This document shows positions 1-8,154 of a DNA stretch of 17,069 nucleotides, in pieces. Every line of letters starts with the position of its first letter. The stretch's first letter is position 1. The notes beneath the pieces are model-generated. The model was not told the DNA's origin. It ran no database searches and worked only from the letters and a program-made list of their open reading frames with translations. The stretch covers positions 1-17,069 of the forward strand of contig JBEPZZ010000017.1 of NCBI GenBank assembly GCA_041640575.1, read 5' to 3'. Made by a program: the position numbers and the translations under genes. The DNA is from Pseudothermotoga sp. (GTDB taxonomy: Bacteria; Thermotogota; Thermotogae; Thermotogales; DSM-5069).

Positions 1-256
1 TTGGTGAGAAAAAGTGGTGAGATATCCACTTGACAAGTTCAACGTCTTTTACCGAAAGAAAGCTGAATCCGTCTATGCGCTCTAGAACTGGTTTGACTTT
101 TCTTGTGGATGATTCTACTTTTTCTAACACGTAACCTTTAACCTTATTCCCATGTAAATCAACGACAACCCTTTCGCCTAATTCCAAGTCCAATTCAGAG
201 CTATAAGTGAAGGATAAATTGATAGGAGCCTCAGAAATGGCGATGTTGTAGAACAT
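1..256 (-). CDS. priA: Primosomal protein N' (PriA), N-terminal part; runs off the left edge of the window
   Basis: Not in the ORF track; translated by hand from ATG at 256: MFYNIAISEAPINLSFTYSSELDLELGERVVVDLHGNKVKGYVLEKVES...VKPVLERID...ELVKWISHHFFSP, open to position 1. Matches the PriA 3'-DNA-binding N-terminus pattern (FTY...G.RV.V......G.V...K.....D...L..W.S..Y..P). Confidence 0.85.
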   Translation of the reverse strand, partial: MFYNIAISEAPINLSFTYSSELDLELGERVVVDLHGNKVKGYVLEKVESSTRKVKPVLERIDGFSFLSVKDVELVKWISHHFFSP

Positions 257-261
257 CTTGC

Positions 262-483
262 TCAGTTATCCTTGCGCTTCCAGATGATACCTTTTCTTGA
301 AGTTATAAGTTTTAGCACGCTTGGAAATTCAACAGGATGATTTTCTATGACTTCAATGATAAGATCCTCTGGGATTGATGTTTCGATCCATATCTCATCG
401 AGCCCAATTTCGCTTTTTTCCATTTTAATAACAATATTATTAACAGCTTTCTCGATTGCCTTAGCATATCTTGTATAATCCAT
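262..483 (-). CDS. Small hypothetical protein (73 aa)
   Basis: ATG directly abuts the pyrR stop, has a GGAGG RBS upstream, and the stop lies a few bases before the priA start; no family recognised. Confidence 0.7.
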   Translation of the reverse strand: MDYTRYAKAIEKAVNNIVIKMEKSEIGLDEIWIETSIPEDLIIEVIENHPVEFPSVLKLITSRKGIIWKRKDN

Positions 484-1017
484 TCATCTATCCTCCAAAC
501 GAATTATATAAACGGCATCTTCACCGTCTATTTCTTTTAAACACACTTTGACCTTTTCACGAGTCTTAGATGTTGGTAAGTTTTTCCCAACAAAATCTGG
601 TCTTATCGGCAATTCTCTGTGCCCTCTGTCCACCAAAACAGCCAACTGAACGCTCTTTGGTCTGCCTCGTCTCATTATGCCATCTAACGCCGCTCTCACG
701 GTTCTACCCGTGAACAACACATCATCTACCAGAACAACGGTTTTTGCATTGACATCAAGGTTGATAGAACTTTTGTCAACTTCAGTTCGCCTTTCATCAT
801 CTCTGTATGGTCCTACATCAAGGTATCCAACCCCAACATCTTTTCCCTCGATGAGCTTAATGTTCTTTGCTAAACGGTTTGCTAAAATAGCCCCACGGGT
901 CAAAATGCCGATCAAGATAATGTCGGCAATGCCGTTGTTTTTTTCAAGTATCTCATGGCTTATTCGCATTAATGATCTTCTTATTTCTTCATCAGAGAGA
1001 ACCTTAACACTCAGCAT
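484..1017 (-). CDS. pyrR: Bifunctional pyrimidine regulatory protein PyrR / uracil phosphoribosyltransferase
   Basis: [24 protein letters not shown]-binding [19 protein letters not shown] and [22 protein letters not shown] are PyrR signatures. Confidence 0.96.
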   Translation of the reverse strand: MLSVKVLSDEEIRRSLMRISHEILEKNNGIADIILIGILTRGAILANRLAKNIKLIEGKDVGVGYLDVGPYRDDERRTEVDKSSINLDVNAKTVVLVDDVLFTGRTVRAALDGIMRRGRPKSVQLAVLVDRGHRELPIRPDFVGKNLPTSKTREKVKVCLKEIDGEDAVYIIRLEDR

Positions 1018-1024
1018 GAACCTG

Positions 1025-1873
1025 TTACCAGTTAAAACCTACTCTAAAGTCGATTTGCCAATTGTAACCAAGTTCTCTTAACAAATCAGAACTGTTAAGT
1101 GTTGAGAATGGGTACAGGACCGAAAAGCCAAAATCCATTGTTCCAAAATCAACTGTTGCGCCGAATTCCACAGATATACTTGACTCAGTGAGCGATTTAT
1201 ACAAAAATGGCATCGAAACATAAAGACTGACTGGGTTTACATTAAGTTGTGCAGACGGAGCAAAGTTCCAAAGTTCGTCGTTAAAATAAGTGACATCAAA
1301 AGAGAATACCATTTGCTCAAAATCTAGCTTTAGCCCCCCACCCAGACTGAGAACCTTCATTTCAGGTGATTTTGAAGACCAGAGCTGTAATTTTTTCAAC
1401 GCGATACTGTATCCCAGATAACCACCTTCGACAAATTTTCCTTGCATACCAAGATCCACAAAGACCGAATAATTTTCTGTACCGTTCTCGACAACTTTGT
1501 CCAATCCAATGCCAGCTCCAAGACTAGCGTTTCCTGCTTTTCCAGCGACAACATAAAGAAATGACAACCTTTCGACATTGAAATCAGTGAAATCTGCGGA
1601 CAGACTGATGATTCCTGCCAAGGAGTCTATTGGTGGTTGTACTAGTGAAACAGAAAAACTTCTCGAGATATTTGTTCCAAGTCTAAGTGTTCCTCCAAGC
1701 AAAAGCCTTCGAAGTTCATTTTCAACGATGCCAGCAGGATTAGTCCTAAAAGCCCATGGTCCTACAGCACCTGAATACATACCCCCATCTGAGAAATTAA
1801 AAATGTCAGCCTTCAACGTATTAAAAAACACCAATACTGCTAAAACGATCATCAATAACTTTCTCCTGCTCAT
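1025..1873 (-). CDS. Putative outer-membrane beta-barrel protein (FadL/PorV-like)
   Basis: Signal peptide ([22 protein letters not shown]), early NPAG motif, many alternating amphipathic strands, C-terminal beta-signal-like strand ending IDFRVGFNW. Confidence 0.65.
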   Translation of the reverse strand: MSRRKLLMIVLAVLVFFNTLKADIFNFSDGGMYSGAVGPWAFRTNPAGIVENELRRLLLGGTLRLGTNISRSFSVSLVQPPIDSLAGIISLSADFTDFNVERLSFLYVVAGKAGNASLGAGIGLDKVVENGTENYSVFVDLGMQGKFVEGGYLGYSIALKKLQLWSSKSPEMKVLSLGGGLKLDFEQMVFSFDVTYFNDELWNFAPSAQLNVNPVSLYVSMPFLYKSLTESSISVEFGATVDFGTMDFGFSVLYPFSTLNSSDLLRELGYNWQIDFRVGFNW

Positions 1874-2969
1874 AAGCTTTCAGCACCTCCTCTTTGAAGG
1901 ACTTGAACGTACGCTCGGCAATGGCTTCTCGGACTTTTTCCATAAACCTCATCATAAAATATAGGTTATGGTAGGTCAAAAGAATACCACCAAGTGTTTC
2001 ACCTCGATCAATCAAATGATGAATGTAAGATCTACTAAAAGTCCTGCAAACCTTGCACAAACACTTTTCGTCAAGAGGATTCTTATCAGTTTTGTATCTT
2101 CCTGCTTTCACATTAAGTCTACCATTCCATGTCAATGCAGTGCCATGTCTTGCAAGTCTGGTTGGAAATACACTGTCAAACATATCGATACCAAATTCAA
2201 CAAGTCTTATTATTAAAGCTGGTGATCCTCCACCCATGAAGTATCTTGGTTTGAAGCGAGGCAAGTTAGAAGCACTGATTTCTGACATATAAAGTGTTTT
2301 CTCATACTCTTCACCCAGACTCAATCCCCCAATCGCAAAACCATCAAACGGATATTCTGATAGATTCTTAGCACTTTCCAGGCGCAAATCTTCGTACATT
2401 CCACCTTGAACAATAGCAAAGAGCAACTGATGCTTGTTCACACCCTCTTCGAGGCACTTGAGAGCCCAACGATGAGTTCTTTTGGTTGCCTCTCGAGTTT
2501 CTTCGTAGCTGCTGAATGGCGAAGCACAATGGTCCAGAACCATCACTATGTCAGAATTAAGAACCCGTTGGATATGCATTGAATATTCCGGTGTAAGAAA
2601 AACCTTTGAACCATCAAGTGGTGAAGTTATCAAAACACCTTCTTCGGTTATCTTGATTAGTTTCCTTAGGCTAAAAACTTGAAAACCACCACTATCTGTT
2701 AGAATCGAGCTGTCCCAGCCCATGAATTGATGTAGTCCGCCATGCAAACCAATCACTTCAAGGCCAGGTCGAACTGCAAGATGATATGAATTGCCTAAAA
2801 GTATACCTACACCGATTTCCTTTAGGTCTTCTGACCTCATCAGTTTAACATTTGCGTTGGTACCAACTGGCATAAAAATCGGTGTTTCATGTACACCGTG
2901 AGCTGTTTTTAACCTACCGACTCTTGCTGAACCAAATTCGCTTATAATCTCAAATGTCGAGCTTTCCAC
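1821..2969 (-). CDS. tgt: tRNA-guanine(34) transglycosylase
   Basis: TPIFMPVGT, LTDSGGFQVFSL, IVQGG, IGGLS, DMFDSVFPTR and Zn site CLCKVC...H; GTG start. Confidence 0.97.
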   Translation of the reverse strand: MESSTFEIISEFGSARVGRLKTAHGVHETPIFMPVGTNANVKLMRSEDLKEIGVGILLGNSYHLAVRPGLEVIGLHGGLHQFMGWDSSILTDSGGFQVFSLRKLIKITEEGVLITSPLDGSKVFLTPEYSMHIQRVLNSDIVMVLDHCASPFSSYEETREATKRTHRWALKCLEEGVNKHQLLFAIVQGGMYEDLRLESAKNLSEYPFDGFAIGGLSLGEEYEKTLYMSEISASNLPRFKPRYFMGGGSPALIIRLVEFGIDMFDSVFPTRLARHGTALTWNGRLNVKAGRYKTDKNPLDEKCLCKVCRTFSRSYIHHLIDRGETLGGILLTYHNLYFMMRFMEKVREAIAERTFKSFKEEVLKAYEQEKVIDDRFSSIGVF

Positions 2970-3588
2970 GCTCTTTCGCAGCCTCCCTAATAGATTTCAA
3001 TGCTCCTTCAGCCTCTCCGGATAAGGTACGAAGTTCATGTCTCAAATGTTCAACAAATTGTTCGTCCTTTATAGCATTCAAATTGATAAGTACATTAGCT
3101 TTAGCAGCTTGAAAGGCACCGAATGCTAATTCCGCCGAGCTAACAGCATCTGAAATTGCATTTACATTACCCCATTTTGCGGTAATCTCAGCGAACCTTA
3201 GCACTTCTCTTGAATAACGACAAATTTCATACGGCACCTTGGCTGCCTTTTTCAGTGCCTCTTGTATTCTATTTTTGCGTTGTTCTTTTTGTTCGGGAGT
3301 CTCCTTTGGCATTCTATAGGCTTCCATAACCTCATCAAATGCTCTGATATCCGAATCTATGTGCTCCATCATTAAAAGGCGAATCTCCTTCATGCTTTCA
3401 AGTACTCTCTCCATTTCTGCATGCAAATCAGCATAGTCATTTCTGGCAAGCGTTAAATTAGCAACCATTTCATTGAGTGCCGCAGACAAAGCACAAACGA
3501 GCGCACTTACAGCGCCGCCCCCTGGTGTCGGATTCTTATCAGAGACTTTCTCGATGAAATCCCGCAAAGTCAATTTAACATAATCCAC
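2950..3588 (-). CDS. Formiminotetrahydrofolate cyclodeaminase family protein (stand-alone FTCD C-terminal domain)
   Basis: PTPGGGAVSAL, D..AF..VM.AY.MPK.T, GNVNAISD and NVLINL motifs; all-helical character. Confidence 0.9.
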   Translation of the reverse strand: MDYVKLTLRDFIEKVSDKNPTPGGGAVSALVCALSAALNEMVANLTLARNDYADLHAEMERVLESMKEIRLLMMEHIDSDIRAFDEVMEAYRMPKETPEQKEQRKNRIQEALKKAAKVPYEICRYSREVLRFAEITAKWGNVNAISDAVSSAELAFGAFQAAKANVLINLNAIKDEQFVEHLRHELRTLSGEAEGALKSIREAAKERGKLDI

Positions 3589-4327
3589 GACTTACACCCC
3601 CGTCAGCAATCAATTGAACGCCGGAACTAGTCCCTATTCTATCGGCTCCAGCAAGTACTAGTTGCAAAGCTTGCTGAAATGTCTTTATACCTCCGGACGC
3701 CTTAACACCTAGACCTGGAACACACCACTTCATCAAATGGACATCTTCTACTGTTGCTCCTGAGCTACCAAAACCAGTAGATGTTTTCACAAAGGAAGCC
3801 TTTGCAAGTTGGCTGATTACACATGCCGCAATTTTCTCTTCATTCGTTAAATAGCAAGTCTCTATTATCACTTTCACTGCTGCGGGTAGAGAAGCTTCAA
3901 CAACTCTTGATATTTCATCGTAAATGTAATCCCATTGCCTTGACTTCAGCATGCCAATGTTCAAAACCATATCAATCTCATTTACGCCTACTTCCACGAG
4001 TTGTCGCGCTTCCATTGCTTTTATTTTGGGAGTGTTAGCTCCCAATGGAAACCCAACAACGCTTACTACTTTAATACCAGTACCACGAAGTTTCTCACTA
4101 GCCAACCGAGCATAACATGGATTAACGCATACACCGAGAAAATGACATCTTACAGCTTCATCACATAAACGTTCAACATCATCTGGCGAAGCCGTAGGTT
4201 TTAAGAGAGTATGTTCAATCTTGGATGTTATTTCTTCTTTCGATATTTGCTTTCCCGAAGTTAATTCAAATTTGTAGCCATCTTTATAAGCACTTAACTT
4301 TTCTTCAATAGCAGCCTCCAAGAGCAT
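3575..4327 (-). CDS. deoC: Deoxyribose-phosphate aldolase
   Basis: IEHTLLKP, VCVNP, VVGFPLG, EIDMV, KVIIET, Schiff-base FVKTSTGF, VKASGGIK, GADRIGTSSG. Confidence 0.97.
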   Translation of the reverse strand: MLLEAAIEEKLSAYKDGYKFELTSGKQISKEEITSKIEHTLLKPTASPDDVERLCDEAVRCHFLGVCVNPCYARLASEKLRGTGIKVVSVVGFPLGANTPKIKAMEARQLVEVGVNEIDMVLNIGMLKSRQWDYIYDEISRVVEASLPAAVKVIIETCYLTNEEKIAACVISQLAKASFVKTSTGFGSSGATVEDVHLMKWCVPGLGVKASGGIKTFQQALQLVLAGADRIGTSSGVQLIADGGVSRGLC

Positions 4328-4336
4328 AAAATCACC

Positions 4337-4885
4337 TCAAAGTCCCAAGGTATCGCTTATTCGTCTCATTGCATTCAAAGATAGTTCGAGAAATTCCTCC
4401 AGTGACAAACCAAAATTCTCGCAGCTCTTAATTTGATCTCTACTAGCACCTTTGGCAAAAGATTTTTCTTTAAATCTTCTCATTAGAAAATCTGTATCAA
4501 TCACAGACAAAGATTTCTGGGGAGTTATCAAAGCTCCAGCAATTACAAAACCAGTCACAGGATCTGCAGCATATATAGCTTTTTCAATGTTTTCAGAGAT
4601 TTCCTTTTTCTCGCAGTGAGCTAATATCGCGTTCAAAACCTTCTCAGGGACATCATATTTTCTCAATATTTCAACTGTTTTGAAACCATGTTCTTGCGGA
4701 TTATCTTTTGTGTAATCGTAATCGAGATCGTGCAATAGACCAGCTAGTCCCCATACTTCCTCATCCTCGTTCATTCTTTTTGCCAAATCTCTCATAACAG
4801 CTTCAACGGCAAAACAGTGTTTGATAAGGTTCTTCGTTTTCAGGTGTTCTTCCAACAATTTGTATGCTTGTTCTCTGCTGATCAA
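4337..4885 (-). CDS. HD-domain (HDIG-type) metal-dependent phosphohydrolase
   Basis: H...GLLHDLD...HG...ILAH...AAD metal ligands and FAKGASR tail; TTG start with GGGAGG RBS. Confidence 0.88.
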   Translation of the reverse strand: MISREQAYKLLEEHLKTKNLIKHCFAVEAVMRDLAKRMNEDEEVWGLAGLLHDLDYDYTKDNPQEHGFKTVEILRKYDVPEKVLNAILAHCEKKEISENIEKAIYAADPVTGFVIAGALITPQKSLSVIDTDFLMRRFKEKSFAKGASRDQIKSCENFGLSLEEFLELSLNAMRRISDTLGL

Positions 4886-5000
4886 AGATTAACCCTCCCA
4901 ATGTCAGAGACAAATATAGCTATTCAAAGAGTTTTTACACGAGAATTTTTGTCTTTCTTTTACAGTAGTATTTAACATTTGCACTAGGTGCCGCATTTTA

Positions 5001-5009
5001 ATTTTACCA
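5001..5009 (-). promoter_or_regulatory. Possible extended -10 promoter for the HD-deoC-...-priA block
   Basis: TG-G-TAAAAT on the minus strand about 115 bp upstream of the HD gene start; no good -35. Confidence 0.3.
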
Positions 5010-5099
5010 CAACGTTGCCAGCAATCATAAATCATTCTTGCATTGCGTTCAGCGAAGCTTTTTAATTAAATCAAATTACTTTTTACTTTTGCTCTCAAG

Positions 5100-5701
5100 C
5101 AGGACAGATTATGCTCAGAATTCATTCTTTTGTTTTGTCACCATCTTGAATAAATCATCTACCCCGAGATTTTATAAAAAATCAGACTTTTAGCTATACT
5201 ATCAGTAGCTCAGCGAAAACCAAAATTTCCCCGGTTGAAATCTTATCTTTCGCGCTAGGTGTGGATGCACAAGGAATAATTATATGCAGACACATGTGGT
5301 GAAAGTTAAGTTTGCTTTACGACTATTTTCGGCATCCTTTTTTGTGTGAGATCTCAATGATTTTTTGCTTCACAAGTCACATTATCGCGGAAAACCAACT
5401 CAATAATTCAACCAAAATCCAAAACTTCTGTGACAAAATTTAAATTAATACTTATTAAAATGAATCCTGAGGTGCTAAGCACTACTCTTTGGATCAGCAA
5501 TTACCTGACGTAGATTTGCATAACCATATTTACATTAGTTTCTTAAGTTGCTGTGATTTTTACCGAGTAGACTTGGAACAAATTGCAAAAAAATTCTTTC
5601 AAAGTTCTTTCACCAAATTCATGATCCTGAGATTATGAATAGTGATTCTCTCTAGGTGAAAGCTCAGAACCATTTTTTATCATTATCTTCAACAGTTTCA
5701 A
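5100..5701 (-). pseudogene. radC: Heavily eroded radC (JAB/MPN-domain) relic; the 3' boundary is approximate
   Basis: Colinear minus-strand fragments in shifting frames: TTG at 5701 LKLLKIMIKNGSELS; VKEL*KN (5613-5593); SKLN (5316-5305); LVHP (5273-5262); STGEILV (5238-5218); LGV (5168-5160). Order and spacing fit RadC as recalled, and the position directly after maf is the known maf-radC arrangement. Confidence 0.6.
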
Positions 5702-6260
5702 AGTTCCACCAACCTTTTTCGTAAAAATACTTCCAAAGTCCTGCAATTGGTAGTCCAATTACAACGTAAGGATCACCCACAATACGCTCAACAAAGATGG
5801 AACCAAGATCTTGTATGCCATAAGATCCCGCTTTTCCTGCTGAAAAATTGCTCGCATAGAACTCTAAAAAGCAATCTGGTACCTTCCTAAATTTCACTCT
5901 TGCAGTGCAATAATCTTGCCACACCTCCGAGGAGCTCACAACAGTAACTGCCGTGTGAACCGTGTGCCATCGCCCCATCATTCTCAAAAGCTGAGATCTT
6001 GCCTCCATAGAATTGTAAGGTTTCCCAAGTATAATGCCATCAATCTCAACAACTGTATCGGCTCCAATAACAACCGCATCGTGATTTTTTTCAAAAGCAC
6101 TCAGCGCCTTTACGAATGAAAGCTTCTTTACCGTTTCTTCAGCACTACGCTCAATTGTTTCCTGGATTTTTGGGTCCACTATTTCGAAGTTTTTGAAGAT
6201 CATTCTCAATATTCTTTCGCGTCTTGGGGAGGTCGAAGCCAATATCAACCTCACTAACAT
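5664..6260 (-). CDS. maf: Maf family nucleoside triphosphate pyrophosphatase (YhdE-like)
   Basis: ILASTSPRR, IGADTVV, ILGKP, KAGSYGIQ, VIGLP. The true start may be GTG at 6254, which has better RBS spacing. Confidence 0.93.
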   Translation of the reverse strand: MLVRLILASTSPRRERILRMIFKNFEIVDPKIQETIERSAEETVKKLSFVKALSAFEKNHDAVVIGADTVVEIDGIILGKPYNSMEARSQLLRMMGRWHTVHTAVTVVSSSEVWQDYCTARVKFRKVPDCFLEFYASNFSAGKAGSYGIQDLGSIFVERIVGDPYVVIGLPIAGLWKYFYEKGWWNFETVEDNDKKWF

Positions 6261-6735
6261 AGTCCCCTACCTTTCTCACTATTAAGGCATTGGTAAAGGC
6301 TCCTGGAATACCGAGTAACAACATATAAGGAATTAGAATTAGGAATGCCGAGGACTTAATCAAAGCTGATCCGATGAGTGCTTGAATCAGATTATTGGTT
6401 ATGCTACCTAGCAAACTAGTTCCAAAGAGACCTAGAAGATTTGTTTGGAGAACCGCAAACTGAACAAGTCCCGATGAAAACGAACCAGCTAGACTCATAA
6501 AAAAAACAGGATCGAAAAAGTGGCCTGTGACTAAATTCCCAACTACACTTTTTCCGATCGCAATCAGAATCGTTGTTCGCAAACCAAAGTTGTATGCGGA
6601 AAGCAACACAACAAAATTTGATAAGCCCCATTTTCCAAATGGAACTGGGAAAGGTATGAAACTCTCAAAAATGTACATTATTGAACCAACAGCTATCAAA
6701 ACTGAAGAAAGAGCAATACTTTTTGACCTCACCAT
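6151..6735 (-). CDS. Gx transporter family membrane protein (annotated heptaprenyl diphosphate synthase component I; ECF S-component-like)
   Basis: Hydrophobic, about 5-6 TM segments; ESFIP...KWGLSN, SLAG, GTSLLGSITNNLIQ match the family pattern (E..IP...K.GLAN, S..G...HN..Q). Confidence 0.85.
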   Translation of the reverse strand: MVRSKSIALSSVLIAVGSIMYIFESFIPFPVPFGKWGLSNFVVLLSAYNFGLRTTILIAIGKSVVGNLVTGHFFDPVFFMSLAGSFSSGLVQFAVLQTNLLGLFGTSLLGSITNNLIQALIGSALIKSSAFLILIPYMLLLGIPGAFTNALIVRKVGDYVSEVDIGFDLPKTRKNIENDLQKLRNSGPKNPGNN

Positions 6736-7112
6736 GTCATTGCATCTACCTTTCTGGACCTTCCAATTACTCTAATGATAACTTTGTTTGGCACACACAC
6801 TATTATCCCAGACTTTATCCTTCCCATTCTTTCACAGATCTTATTCGGGCAAGAAGCCTCTTTTACAAAAACACCGCTGTCTTCGTAAACAATTCTCATG
6901 ATTACATTGTTCTCATCGACTATTGAATAAATCCCTGGTTCTGTAATGTGCATCACTGTAGATCCATCTTTGATTACTTCAACGGAACTAATAGACGTCT
7001 TGCTGCCGAAGATTAAGAATGGCAGAAGAACTCCTAAAATGACAAGAAGAAGCAAATCCAGCCTGTTTATCAAGGGAATTTCTCGTTTATTATGGCTATT
7101 TTTTTCTTTCAT
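6729..7112 (-). CDS. NusG domain II-containing (DUF1312/Lin0431-like) membrane-anchored protein
   Basis: N-terminal TM helix, then a beta-rich domain with ASCPNKICERMG.I...IVCVPNKVII. Confidence 0.9.
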   Translation of the reverse strand: MKEKNSHNKREIPLINRLDLLLLVILGVLLPFLIFGSKTSISSVEVIKDGSTVMHITEPGIYSIVDENNVIMRIVYEDSGVFVKEASCPNKICERMGRIKSGIIVCVPNKVIIRVIGRSRKVDAMTW

Positions 7113-8154
7113 ATATTTTCATCGCCGGAGATCTCTTGATACTTCCGTCCTCAAGAACTAAAAGTGTTACGCCGCCAAATTTTGGATACTCGAGGACCAC
7201 ATACTCCCAGTCATTTGCGGAAACAAAACCAGCTGTAGATAAAGCATCGGCTGTTAAAGCGTTTTCAGCAATAACGGTTACGGAAATTGCCCCGCGTGCT
7301 GGGTAACCAGTTTTTGGATCAATTATATGGTGGTACCTCACCCCTTCATGTACGAAATATCTTTCATAATCACCAGATGACGCAACTGCTCCTTCAGTCA
7401 TATAGAGGTACGTGATGGCCTCGGTTGGCTTTCTTGGATCCCTCACACCTATTACCCAAGGTCGCGATCCAAATTTGGGTCCTATGATTCTTATATCACC
7501 ACCGACTTCGACAAATCCTGTGCAATCTGGATCGATTTCCTTGGCAATTTGGTAAGCTCGATCAAGTGCATATCCTTTTGCTATTCCACCCAGGTCCAGT
7601 CGAACATTATTTGTCAATGCGATCCTTCTGGTTTTCGGATCAAGTTCCACGCGCTTATACCCACTATGTTCTAATGTTTGTTTGATTACCGTATCAGCAG
7701 GAATAGTGTCAGGCACTTTCTCATCTAGTTTATCAAAACCCCATACAGAAATTAATTGTCCGAGTGCTGGATCAAAAGCACCATTTGTCAGATCTGAAAA
7801 CTTGAGTGCTGAATCTATGAGAACAAAAGTTTCCTCATCAAGATCGATCCAACCTTCAGATGAATTAATGTAACTAATAACACTTTGAGGATCCTTTGGA
7901 TTGTATTTCTTGTAGATTCTTTCGAGTTCTCTGAAAATTATTTCAGCGAGTTGCTTAGAACTCGTTTTGGAAGACGAAATCACAATCCTGCAGTAAGTTC
8001 CCATTGTAATTCCGTTTAATTCATAGTAAACAGTTCTTGGTGAATTTGCAAAGATTCTGATGAGAAATATTGCAAGAAAAGTCAACCCTATGATAAAAAT
8101 CAAAAAGATTGTCCGATCAAATCTCAGATTATTCTTACTACTTTCTCTCCGCAC
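7096..8154 (-). CDS. apbE: FAD:protein FMN transferase (ApbE)
   Basis: MGT, GAFDP, DLGGIAKGY, GGDI, SSGDYER, HIIDPKTGYP, ADALST; N-terminal TM anchor without a lipobox Cys; GTG start. Confidence 0.96.
   Translation of the reverse strand: MRRESSKNNLRFDRTIFLIFIIGLTFLAIFLIRIFANSPRTVYYELNGITMGTYCRIVISSSKTSSKQLAEIIFRELERIYKKYNPKDPQSVISYINSSEGWIDLDEETFVLIDSALKFSDLTNGAFDPALGQLISVWGFDKLDEKVPDTIPADTVIKQTLEHSGYKRVELDPKTRRIALTNNVRLDLGGIAKGYALDRAYQIAKEIDPDCTGFVEVGGDIRIIGPKFGSRPWVIGVRDPRKPTEAITYLYMTEGAVASSGDYERYFVHEGVRYHHIIDPKTGYPARGAISVTVIAENALTADALSTAGFVSANDWEYVVLEYPKFGGVTLLVLEDGSIKRSPAMKIYERKK

Noticed and set aside
1821..2969. Altered TGT specificity suggested by GGLSLGE in place of GGLAVGE
   Set aside because: A conservative aliphatic change; the DHC Cys and other bacterial-type motifs are retained, so there is no support for a queuine- or preQ0-type enzyme.
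5284..5349. Plus-strand 21-aa ORF MQTHVVKVKFALRLFSASFFV with AAGGA 8 nt upstream (possible small peptide or toxin)
   Set aside because: Antisense to the radC relic, with no clear promoter or terminator; expected by chance.
4886..5663. Riboswitch, ncRNA, CRISPR array, oriC or IS scar as the explanation for the long gap
   Set aside because: No recognisable aptamer consensus, periodic repeats, DnaA-box cluster or terminal inverted repeats; short CTAGGTG recurrences are irregularly spaced. An Rfam search was not possible.
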